Positions 25,969 through 33,873 of a DNA stretch of 64,000 nucleotides are shown in pieces (position 1 is the first letter of the stretch; the number at the start of each line of letters is the position of its first letter). The notes beneath the pieces are model-generated. The model was given only the letters and a program-made list of their open reading frames with translations. It did not search any database and was not told where the DNA came from. The DNA is from a virus (Duplodnaviria > Caudoviricetes), in the IMG/VR virus record IMGVR_UViG_2623620540_000004, positions 1,159 to 65,158 of that record. One strand, 5' to 3'. The position numbers were made by a program, and so were the translations under genes.

Positions 25969-26214
25969 TTACTGCGCGTCCACAGCCAGCATCACCGGCG
26001 GCATGGTGGAGCCAATAACCCACAGTGCGATCGACCCGCCGGCGGCCAAGATGGCCACCTCGTTCTCGGTCGGCTTCCAGTAGCTCACCACAGCAGGTAT
26101 GCCGTCGCACTCGGTGCGGGTGATGGGCAGTGCGCTACATGGTAGCTGCGCCTGGTCCCAGTCCTTCGGCGCGCCCAGCACGTCGTTGTTGGTGTGGTGC
26201 TGATGCTTGTTCAT
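25969..26214 (-). CDS. Hypothetical phage protein
   Basis: LGAPKDWD...CSALPI...SYWKPT.NE...L.AGG pattern; RBS present. Confidence 0.7.
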   Translation of the reverse strand: MNKHQHHTNNDVLGAPKDWDQAQLPCSALPITRTECDGIPAVVSYWKPTENEVAILAAGGSIALWVIGSTMPPVMLAVDAQ

Positions 26215-26434
26215 TCCAACCCCCCCTCGTCGCCGCCCGCTCCAGGCCGGGGCCGTAGTTGCCTACGGCCGGACCCACCTGGTCATGTTTCGTCGGCGAT
26301 CTGCACCCGCTTTTGCAAGCCCTGCCGCTGGAGTGCGATGGCAGGTACGCGCCTTGTTATATGTGTACGGCTGGAAACGCCGCACGGATTCATTTCGTGG
26401 CACGGTTGCTACATGTTCGTCGCGTACTCGGTGA

Positions 26435-26581
26435 TCAGGCCGTCGCCGCGTGCAGCAGCGGCTTGATCCAGCCACACACATGCGGCCAGGCCAGCACCAC
26501 GGCGCCGGTGATGACGCCACCGAACGCGATGCCGAGCAGCATGAATACAATCACGATGCTGCGAAAGTTGATGTCAGGCAT
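26435..26581 (-). CDS. Small membrane protein
   Basis: 48 aa, single long hydrophobic segment; GAGGGGG RBS. Confidence 0.55.
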   Translation of the reverse strand: MPDINFRSIVIVFMLLGIAFGGVITGAVVLAWPHVCGWIKPLLHAATA

Positions 26582-26590
26582 AACCCCCTC

Positions 26591-26629
26591 AAATAAAAAA
26601 GCCGCCAGCGCATTGATGCGGCAGGCGGC
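26591..26629 (-). terminator. Rho-independent terminator
   Basis: GCCGCC...CGCA-TCAA-TGCG...GGCGGC-TTTTTTATTT on minus strand. Confidence 0.7.
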
Positions 26630-26724
26630 GAAAGGAAGTCGGACACGCGTCCTGTTGACCGCGATCAAATTGCAAAGCGCCCAAGAGCGCAATATCATCA
26701 TTTCAGGGACGACAGGGAGAGAAC

Positions 26725-27003
26725 ATGCTGAAAATAAATGATCAAATACGGAAGCTGTTGAAAGCAACAGGCGGCATCCAATTCGATGCTGACGGCGAAG
26801 AAGTGCTTGCAGGACTCACGCCGGCAGAGAGCGTATTCGTACTGGAATGTAGCCAAGAGGCCCCTAGCGCCCGTGATCCTGGCGATGCATTCCTTTTAAA
26901 CCAGCTGAAGCACCGACACCTAAATGCGCGACTTAGTCAGCTGGGTTACACAAGTAGTTCAATAGGGCAGCTACCTTTGCCTATGGCACCTGGGCGGCGG
27001 TGA
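26725..27003 (+). CDS. Hypothetical protein
   Basis: 92 aa, GGGAGAG RBS, opposite strand to late operon. Confidence 0.55.
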   Translation: MLKINDQIRKLLKATGGIQFDADGEEVLAGLTPAESVFVLECSQEAPSARDPGDAFLLNQLKHRHLNARLSQLGYTSSSIGQLPLPMAPGRR

Positions 27004-27029
27004 TGCTGGGGCTCATCCCGGTGGCGCCG

Positions 27030-27347
27030 ATGGCAGTCAGGGCATGGCGGAGCGGAAAGTTTTCAAATCCTCACACGGCCTATGGCATTTGGGTGGGGGG
27101 GCAGAATCGCACAGACCATTTCACAGAACACTTTGAAAGCATCACCGTCGACATTGATGGCGTGGAGCACTCGTTCAGGCTAACCTCCAGCTTCTGGCGC
27201 CGTTGCATAGTGGTCCGTGATGCAGGCCAAACAGTCATACGCGATTGGCTTGAGCGTCACTACACGACCGACTGGCCCCATGGTCAACCACCCCGATTTG
27301 TACTGCAACCGCTCGGCGCCGGCCGTTTCAGCCTCAGTAAGCAGTAG
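27030..27347 (+). CDS. Hypothetical protein
   Basis: MAVRAWRSG...YGIWVG...LTSSFWRRC...DWL...WPHGQPPRF; start could be 27000. Confidence 0.6.
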   Translation: MAVRAWRSGKFSNPHTAYGIWVGGQNRTDHFTEHFESITVDIDGVEHSFRLTSSFWRRCIVVRDAGQTVIRDWLERHYTTDWPHGQPPRFVLQPLGAGRFSLSKQ

Positions 27348-27575
27348 CGCGGCTACACAGAGCATCCATCGCGAACTGAAGCACGGTCAGGTACGTCTGC
27401 GACTGAAGCCGCCATCCTCGGCTGCAGTCTGCCTGTCTTGGGCTGCTTACACAGCGGCCGCCAAATCTTAGCGCTAACGCCGAGCAGCGTGCAGGCCGCA
27501 GCTATCCGCGCAGGCGCGCCGCTATCAATGGTTGCTTCAGCTTGTGCGGCGTGATGTAGTCGACCGCATCCCAGG

Positions 27576-29186
27576 TTAGCCTGCCAGCGCGAGAGTTCGC
27601 GGCCGCGCCGGAAGAGCAGGACGTTGCTGCCCTGCCCCCTCGAGCTTAAAGATATTGACCAGTTGCTCGAGCTGGCGGGCCTGGTCCTGCATCGACTCGG
27701 ACGCGGCCGCCGCCTCTTCGACCAGAGCGGCATTTTGCTGGGTCACGCTGTCCATCTCGCTGATGGCCTGGTTGACCTGCATGATGCCCGACTCCTGCTC
27801 GGCGCTGGCGGCGCTGATCTCAGTCATGATATCGGTCACGCGCCGCACGCTGCCCACGATCTCGTCCATGGTATCGCCGGCGGCAGCCACCAGCTCCGTG
27901 CCGGCAGCCACTTTGTCCACCGAATCGTTGATGAGGGCCTTGATTTCCTTGGCGGCGCTGGCGGACCGGTGTGCCAGGGTGCGCACCTCGGTGGCCACCA
28001 CTGCGAAGCCCCTGCCCTGCTCGCCGGCACGCGCCGCTTCCACGGCAGCATTGAGCGCGAGGATATTGGTCTGGAACGCAATGCCATCGATTACGCCGAT
28101 AATGTCGGCGATTTTTTTCGCCGAATCGTTAATTGCCGTCATGGTGGTGACCACCTGTCCCACCACCGCGCTGCCGCGCGTTGCCACGTCCGCTGCACTG
28201 CCGGCCATGGCCGTGGCCTGGCGGGCGTTGTCGGCGTTCTGCTTGACCGTGGACGTCAACTCTTCCATCGACGATGCGGTTTCTTCCAGCGAGCTGGCTT
28301 GCTGCTCGGTGCGCGACGACAGGTCCAGGTTGCCTGTGGCAATCTCTTGGCTGGCGGACGCGATGGTTTCGGTGCCCTTGCGGACCTCGTTGATGATGTC
28401 GTGCAGCTTCTGGATAAAGCCGTTGAGCGAGGTCGCCACCTGGCCGAACTCGGCGGACAGCGCCGGCAAGCGATAGGTCAGATCGCCCTCGCCGCTGCGC
28501 AAGTCTTCGGTGGCCAGCAGGATCGCCCGCAACGGCTGCAATACCATGCGCGCCAGCAGCGCGGCCAGGAATATCGAGAGAACGACCGCCAGCGCACCGC
28601 CGCCGATCAGCGTCATTTTGGTGACACCCTGCATGGTTTCGGCATTGCGTGAACGTTCGGCCAGCAAGGCTTGCTCGGCGCTGGCCAGGTCGGCCAGCGT
28701 GGCGCGCATCTGGTCCATTAGCGACTTGCCCTTGTTGGCCTGTTCGAACGCGATCACGTCCTCCATACCGCTGGTGCCGGCAATGCTGGCGCGGCGCAGC
28801 GCGATGGCTGCCTCGGCGGCCGTGGTACGCCATTGCTGCTCGGCTTCTTCGAGCTTCTTGAGTCGCTGCTGCTGCGTCGCGTTGTCGGCCGTCAGGGACT
28901 GGACCTTCGTCCACGCCTTTTTGAACGCCGCCTGGCCAGCCACGAAAGGCTCGAGCGAAGCCTGCGCGCCCGTCAATGCGAAGCCGCGCTCGCCCGTCTC
29001 CATATTGATCAGGCTCTCCAGCATCGCCTGGCTGGCGCCCAGCACCTCGTGCGTGTGCTCGTTCCAGTCATTGGCGTCATTCAATTTTGAAAAATTGACG
29101 TAGGCGACCGTCAGCAAGGTCACCAGTATCACCACGATCAGCGAAAAGCCCCCGTACAAACGGGTGCCGATTCCAACGTTGTTCAT
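27576..29186 (-). CDS. Methyl-accepting chemotaxis protein with CHASE3 sensor
   Basis: TM1, CHASE3 (HTHEVL...[11 protein letters not shown]...LEPF), TM2, HAMP, signalling hairpin [30 protein letters not shown]. Confidence 0.96.
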   Translation of the reverse strand: MNNVGIGTRLYGGFSLIVVILVTLLTVAYVNFSKLNDANDWNEHTHEVLGASQAMLESLINMETGERGFALTGAQASLEPFVAGQAAFKKAWTKVQSLTADNATQQQRLKKLEEAEQQWRTTAAEAAIALRRASIAGTSGMEDVIAFEQANKGKSLMDQMRATLADLASAEQALLAERSRNAETMQGVTKMTLIGGGALAVVLSIFLAALLARMVLQPLRAILLATEDLRSGEGDLTYRLPALSAEFGQVATSLNGFIQKLHDIINEVRKGTETIASASQEIATGNLDLSSRTEQQASSLEETASSMEELTSTVKQNADNARQATAMAGSAADVATRGSAVVGQVVTTMTAINDSAKKIADIIGVIDGIAFQTNILALNAAVEAARAGEQGRGFAVVATEVRTLAHRSASAAKEIKALINDSVDKVAAGTELVAAAGDTMDEIVGSVRRVTDIMTEISAASAEQESGIMQVNQAISEMDSVTQQNAALVEEAAAASESMQDQARQLEQLVNIFKLEGAGQQRPALPARPRTLALAG

Positions 29187-29495
29187 ATCGTTTCCTGTCC
29201 GCGACTGTTGCCGTATAGGCATCACCCGCCGTATGTGTCGGCGCCGCCGATCATCGTCACGGACCCGCTGGTGGACACTGAGTTGTTAAGTATAGGTAGA
29301 GTGCGACGGCAGGTAGGAGGCCGGGGAAAACTTGCAGAATGCTCGGGTTCGGGAGCATTGGGACGGGGAGATAGTTCAGATAGCCGTGCAATCATGATAC
29401 ATCAAAAAATTCCAAAAAGTAACATTGGAAAAATTGATTGCGCGTACCGTGGTATTTTTACTTCTTGTCGAGGGTCCCGTTTGGCGCTGGATAGG

Positions 29496-29660
29496 TCAGT
29501 TGCAGTCGTCGCGGTCTGGCTGGCGCAGCGTGAGGATCAGGTGCCAGCCAAGTTGCCGACGGATCTCGTCGGGCGTCGGCGGTGGGTCGAGCTGCGCGTG
29601 CGTGCGGCGCTCGAAGTACACGCGAACGAGCTCATTCGGCGGGCGTGTGGTGTCGGGCAT
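29496..29660 (-). CDS. Small hypothetical protein
   Basis: 54 aa MPDTTRPPNELVR...PPPTPDEIRRQLGWHL; GAGG RBS. Confidence 0.55.
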   Translation of the reverse strand: MPDTTRPPNELVRVYFERRTHAQLDPPPTPDEIRRQLGWHLILTLRQPDRDDCN

Positions 29661-29685
29661 GGCCGCCTCGATTTTCGGACGCGGA

Positions 29686-29713
29686 AATAAGAAAGCCACC
29701 GCATGGGTGGCTT
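29686..29713 (-). terminator. Rho-independent terminator (candidate tR')
   Basis: AAGCCACC-CATGC-GGTGGCTT-TCTTATTT on minus strand. Confidence 0.7.
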
Positions 29714-29917
29714 GAGTATTTGCTCCCGCGCTATCTGCGCGGTGAGCGTTACATACACGCGAGCGGAAGCACATCGGCTGATCAACTCGCGAATCCCTGC
29801 TATCGGTGCCGCCAGAGCGATCATTACGAGTACGGGGAGTAACAGTCAAATAATACAACACGCTCACTAAAAATGGAATTAATTTTTACATAGCCCAATG
29901 ATTCACGAGTGCAACGA

Positions 29918-29963
29918 TGGTATAATTGTTACAATTATAATTAGGCGGAGTGCAATATGGCAA
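29918..29963. promoter_or_regulatory. Palindromic divergent promoter element (TATAAT on both strands)
   Basis: TATAATTGT-T-ACAATTATA at 29921-29939; TGn extension on plus strand; TTGCCA 18 nt upstream on minus strand. Confidence 0.55.
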
Positions 29964-31087
29964 TTAGTTCGGAAGACAAGGCGTTCTTTATAGAATTCAC
30001 CATGAGCAAAATAAGCATTCTATCAGGGGCGTTGTCTCCTCTCGCTAAAAAAGTGCTGGATTTCGAGGGGGTGGGGGAAGTGCGAGGCGCTCGGCAGATA
30101 TGGGTCGCCGCGATTCAAACTATGCAAACAGCTGCTCAAAATGGTTACAGACTAACAGAATTGGTTAAGATTTTCGAAGATGTTTTAACAGCATCAGAAA
30201 TGTTCATAGATGTAGTTAAGAACCAGACTCCACTCGATGCTGCCGAGGCGGAGACCGAAGTCTCCAAGGTTAGGAAGGAATTCAGTGAATTGACAACTGA
30301 GGAGCTCGTACTTCGACCGGAAACGGGAGAACCTAAGTCTGTCAGGCTCGAATATTTAAGGCGCGATGCCCAGGAATTAAGAGCCCAAGCGAAGAGAGAA
30401 ATAGGAATACTGGAATCTAAGGTTGATTCATTGTCTACAGCTGTCAGCGAATCTCAATCGGCCTTTGAAGCGAAAATTCTGCCATTGCAATCACAGTATG
30501 ATCAGGCGCTAAAAGACTATCAGCGTGTGAGGCCTGAGCTTCAGCAAAAGGCCGTCGAACTGGATAAGTTGCTTGGGCTAGCGGGGAAAAAAGTTTTGGC
30601 AGGAAACTATGACCAACATTCGAAACAGGAGCAGGCGTCAGCGAACTGGTTGCGTCGCGGCGCCTTGATTGTAATGTCTTGTGCGATCGTGCCTTTAGCC
30701 GTTTCCCTTATCCAGTTCTCGCACAGTAGTATTTCGATTGAAGAAACCATACTCAGATTCTCATTTTCAATACTACTATCAATTCCAGCTGCGTATATGG
30801 CGAGAGAATCAACAAAGCACAGGCAACAGCAGTATGCACTGAGGCAAACTGCTCTGGACGTCGGTGCAATAGACGCCTATATCGCCCCCTTACCTGTAGA
30901 AACACAGAATAAAATTAAGGAGGAGATTGCTTCAAAATTGTTCGCGCCTAAATCATTCGACCATGTATCGAAAGAAAGTTATCCGATCAATATTCAAGAA
31001 CTTGTTACAAAACTTGTGGGTATCGCGGCAGAGAGGCGTGACCGCGACACGTCCGCAAAGGAAACTAAAGACAAGAGCGAAGCATAG
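29957..31087 (+). CDS. AT-rich moron: coiled-coil protein with two C-terminal TM segments
   Basis: 376 aa, antisense to Q, composition shift, hydrophobic segments GALIVMSCAIVPLAVSLI and ILRFSFSILLSIPAAYMA. Confidence 0.85.
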   Translation: MAISSEDKAFFIEFTMSKISILSGALSPLAKKVLDFEGVGEVRGARQIWVAAIQTMQTAAQNGYRLTELVKIFEDVLTASEMFIDVVKNQTPLDAAEAETEVSKVRKEFSELTTEELVLRPETGEPKSVRLEYLRRDAQELRAQAKREIGILESKVDSLSTAVSESQSAFEAKILPLQSQYDQALKDYQRVRPELQQKAVELDKLLGLAGKKVLAGNYDQHSKQEQASANWLRRGALIVMSCAIVPLAVSLIQFSHSSISIEETILRFSFSILLSIPAAYMARESTKHRQQQYALRQTALDVGAIDAYIAPLPVETQNKIKEEIASKLFAPKSFDHVSKESYPINIQELVTKLVGIAAERRDRDTSAKETKDKSEA

Positions 31088-31604
31088 CAGCAGCGCGGCC
31101 ATTATGTGCCTGGAGCAGACTCTCCAGTTCACTGACCATATCCAGCGCCTTCTCGCGCTCGAAGCCACCACCGCCGATCTCGCCCCGGCCGGTACCCCTG
31201 CACGGCTGGCAGATCATCCGGGTGGCAGTGCCGGTACCGTGGCAGGTGCCGCACTTCCCGTCGAGCCAATAGGCAAGCGAGCGCTCAGCAACGCGGCGGT
31301 AAAGGGTCAGGGCTGCGCGCACGTCCCACTCGGTACCCTCCTTCACCCACTTGCGTTCACGTCCTTTTTCGGTGACGCGGTTGGTCCAGATGCGCAGCAG
31401 CTGGGCCAGGTTCTGCGTGCCGGACTCGAAGGTTTTGCTGATCGAGCCGTCGGCGTACTTCACGCGGGTGAGCAGCGCGCCGAAGCCGGCGCCGGTCAGG
31501 TCGGCCAGCGCCGCAGCGGCCAGCGGTTCGGCCGCGTGATGCTGCGCGTCGTCCTGCAACGTGCTCGCGCCCAAACTCATTACGAACCGATCTGCATAAC
31601 CCAT
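31065..31604 (-). CDS. Late antiterminator Q-like protein
   Basis: CGTCHGTG...CQPCRGTG zinc finger; last gene of the PR operon before late genes. Confidence 0.65.
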   Translation of the reverse strand: MGYADRFVMSLGASTLQDDAQHHAAEPLAAAALADLTGAGFGALLTRVKYADGSISKTFESGTQNLAQLLRIWTNRVTEKGRERKWVKEGTEWDVRAALTLYRRVAERSLAYWLDGKCGTCHGTGTATRMICQPCRGTGRGEIGGGGFEREKALDMVSELESLLQAHNGRAAAMLRSCL

Positions 31605-31717
31605 GTTGTGTTCTCCCGTGGCAACGGCGGAACGTTAACACACGGAAAAATCGAAAACAATTGGCAGAGTGGCAAAGTGTTGCAATTCCTGACGACCCGT
31701 TTCCTGATGACCGTATT

Positions 31718-32128
31718 TCAGCCGTATAGCTCACGCATCGCCTTGGCATGCGCTGCCGCCAGCACGCCCACCTCGAGCACTGGCAAGGCGCGGACGTAGT
31801 GGCTAATGGCCAGGCGGATTGCCGCATACTCGCCCGTCGTAAAGTCGAGCAGCGCGGTCGGGCGGGCGCAGGCCTTGACCTGTGCACGCCAGGCCTTGAC
31901 CGACACGTCGTACAGCTTGCGATTGCCCATCTGCGACCACACAGCCGCTGCGGTCAGCAGGTGCTCGGTCAGCACGTTGGTTAGGTGCACCGGTGCCAGA
32001 CCGCGCTTGGCCGCGTCGAGCGCGATCAGCACCACCAGCGCGGTGGCGTCGGCATCCTCCTGGCCCACCAACTGCTTCGCGGCCAGCACGTCGAGCGGGT
32101 TTGCCAGGAATGCCTGCCGCGCGCCCAT
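31718..32128 (-). CDS. Hypothetical protein
   Basis: 136-aa ORF coupled to upstream DnaC-like gene. Confidence 0.65.
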   Translation of the reverse strand: MGARQAFLANPLDVLAAKQLVGQEDADATALVVLIALDAAKRGLAPVHLTNVLTEHLLTAAAVWSQMGNRKLYDVSVKAWRAQVKACARPTALLDFTTGEYAAIRLAISHYVRALPVLEVGVLAAAHAKAMRELYG

Positions 32129-32901
32129 CAGGCCGCCCTCCGGGACCGATACGATTCCCAGTCGCACACCACCAGCTGCCCGCCGCCTTCGCGCAGCCGA
32201 TCAAAGGCCCGCGCGCCCAGGTATTCCTCGAGCAGCTTGATCGCCAGGTTGCTGATCACGATCGTGGGCCGGCCCGCCTCGTAGCGGCCGTTGATGATCT
32301 CGAACAGCACCAGCTTCTCGGTATCGCTGCCGTGCTGCACACCTACCTCGTCGAGGATCAGCAGGTCCGGCTCCACCAGGTCGGCGATCGCCTGCGCTTC
32401 GGTCTTCGGGTTGCCCTTGGCGTAGGTCTCCTTCACGGACCTGACCGCGCGCATCACCGACGTGAAGACGGCTTGACCGCCCTGCTCCAGCACCACGTGC
32501 GCGACGCCGACGGCCAGGTGGGTCTTCCCGGTACCGACGTCACCGCAAAGAATCAGGCAGGCGCCGGCCTTGCGTACCGCGGCGAAATTGTCCGCGTACC
32601 GCGTGACCATGCGCAGCGCCCTCTCGGCTTCGTCGCAGGTCGGTACGTAGGTGCCGAGGCGGCGGTCGGAGAAGCGCTCAGGGATCGCGGCACGCCCCAG
32701 ACGTGCCTCCCATGCCCGGGTGCGCAGTTCGGCCTGCCAGGAGGCCTGTGCGGCTGCCGTAGCCGCCGCCTCGGCCGCGTGCTCGCACTTCACGCAGGCA
32801 GACCAGCCGCCCGGCAGCAGCAGCGAGGTGTACTCGCCGTGCTGTGCGCAGGTTTCGAGGACCGCGCTCATGAAGCGCGGGCGGCGCTCAGAACTTGCCA
32901 T
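32128..32901 (-). CDS. DnaC/IstB-like helicase loader ATPase
   Basis: GDVGTGKT Walker A, LLILDEVG Walker B, PTIVISNL, DRLRE. Confidence 0.92.
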   Translation of the reverse strand: MASSERRPRFMSAVLETCAQHGEYTSLLLPGGWSACVKCEHAAEAAATAAAQASWQAELRTRAWEARLGRAAIPERFSDRRLGTYVPTCDEAERALRMVTRYADNFAAVRKAGACLILCGDVGTGKTHLAVGVAHVVLEQGGQAVFTSVMRAVRSVKETYAKGNPKTEAQAIADLVEPDLLILDEVGVQHGSDTEKLVLFEIINGRYEAGRPTIVISNLAIKLLEEYLGARAFDRLREGGGQLVVCDWESYRSRRAA

Positions 32902-33691
32902 CAGCGCCAACCCCTGCCCGGTAATCCTGCGCGGCGAAGTTTCCATGTTTCGTGCCTTTCTGCGGCATCGCCGCTCCAACAGCCCATTCGGCTTTGTAGT
33001 GATCGCCAGGCCCGAAGAAGGTGGCCGGCTGCTTTGTGAACTGCGGTTCGGTGCGGCTGTACAGCACGTAGTTCGCATAGCGCTGAACCCCGGCCAGCAA
33101 CGCGCCAGAGGTGACGCCCTCCTTGAGCCGGGCAGCCCACGCCTTGTACGCATCCTTCTTGCTGGCGCCAGGACGGGGCGGATAGGCAAGCCACGCTTCC
33201 TCGAACTCAGGCGAGTAGTCCGACGGCGGCGAAGCCGAAGTAATGTTCTTTATTGGTTTATGGTTTATGGTTTCTGGTTTATGGTTAGTTGGAGTGCCGT
33301 TCAACGTTTGTTCAACGCTCGTTCCAACGCCCGTTGAACGGCTGTTCAGCATTTGCTGCCTTTTCGTTTCTCTTTTGGCAGCAGAGGCCCGGCCAGCGGC
33401 CGATTTCTGACTGGTGTTGCTGCGATAGTCCTCGATCACCTCTTCGCAGCGAAAATGTACCCAGCCGCGTTCGGTTTTCGTGAAGAACTCGTTCAACACC
33501 TGTTCAACGGCCGTTCGCTCCTCGTTGGTACGGGCGATGATACGGCGGCACAACGAATCGACATCGGGCGTCAACGGCTGCTCGGTGTCATAGTAGATGT
33601 CCATCATGTCGCGGTAGACACTGCGCTCGAGCCTGGTCAGGTGACGGGTAGCGCGGTCGAAGTCTCCGATATGGTGCGGGTAGTGGTTCAC
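32888..33691 (-). CDS. Replication initiator (YdaU/DUF1376 family)
   Basis: MNHYPHHIGDF..AT.HL..LE...Y..MMD.YY.TE.PL; C-terminal FEEAW.AYP. Confidence 0.88.
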   Translation of the reverse strand: MNHYPHHIGDFDRATRHLTRLERSVYRDMMDIYYDTEQPLTPDVDSLCRRIIARTNEERTAVEQVLNEFFTKTERGWVHFRCEEVIEDYRSNTSQKSAAGRASAAKRETKRQQMLNSRSTGVGTSVEQTLNGTPTNHKPETINHKPIKNITSASPPSDYSPEFEEAWLAYPPRPGASKKDAYKAWAARLKEGVTSGALLAGVQRYANYVLYSRTEPQFTKQPATFFGPGDHYKAEWAVGAAMPQKGTKHGNFAAQDYRAGVGADGKF

Positions 33692-33873
33692 GGCCTGACC
33701 TCCGCCACGCCGATCGTGTAAGCGCTGCGCCCCGTCAGCGCATCGCGCACGGTGGATTCGGCCACGCCGAAGCGGCGCGCCAGTTCGCGATATCCGGCGC
33801 CGCGCACGCCCGGCTTGTGGGCCTCGCGGATCGCGCGGACCTGGTCATCGGTCAGTGCTCGACGGCGCGTCAT
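33688..33873 (-). CDS. Small HTH protein
   Basis: LTDDQVRAIR...YRELARRFGVAESTVRD. Confidence 0.7.
   Translation of the reverse strand: MTRRRALTDDQVRAIREAHKPGVRGAGYRELARRFGVAESTVRDALTGRSAYTIGVAEVRP

Noticed and set aside
26219-26226. Poly-C run upstream of the 81-aa gene
   Set aside because: Reads as a G-rich RBS on the minus strand; no evidence for phase variation
26215-26434. Possible tRNA in the non-coding gap (also checked 50276-50420 and 50603-50920)
   Set aside because: No cloverleaf with TTCGA T-loop and matching acceptor stem
29190-29480. Possible sigma-28 promoter or c-di-GMP riboswitch ahead of the MCP
   Set aside because: No TAAA-N15-GCCGATAA match at correct spacing and no GEMM-like core found
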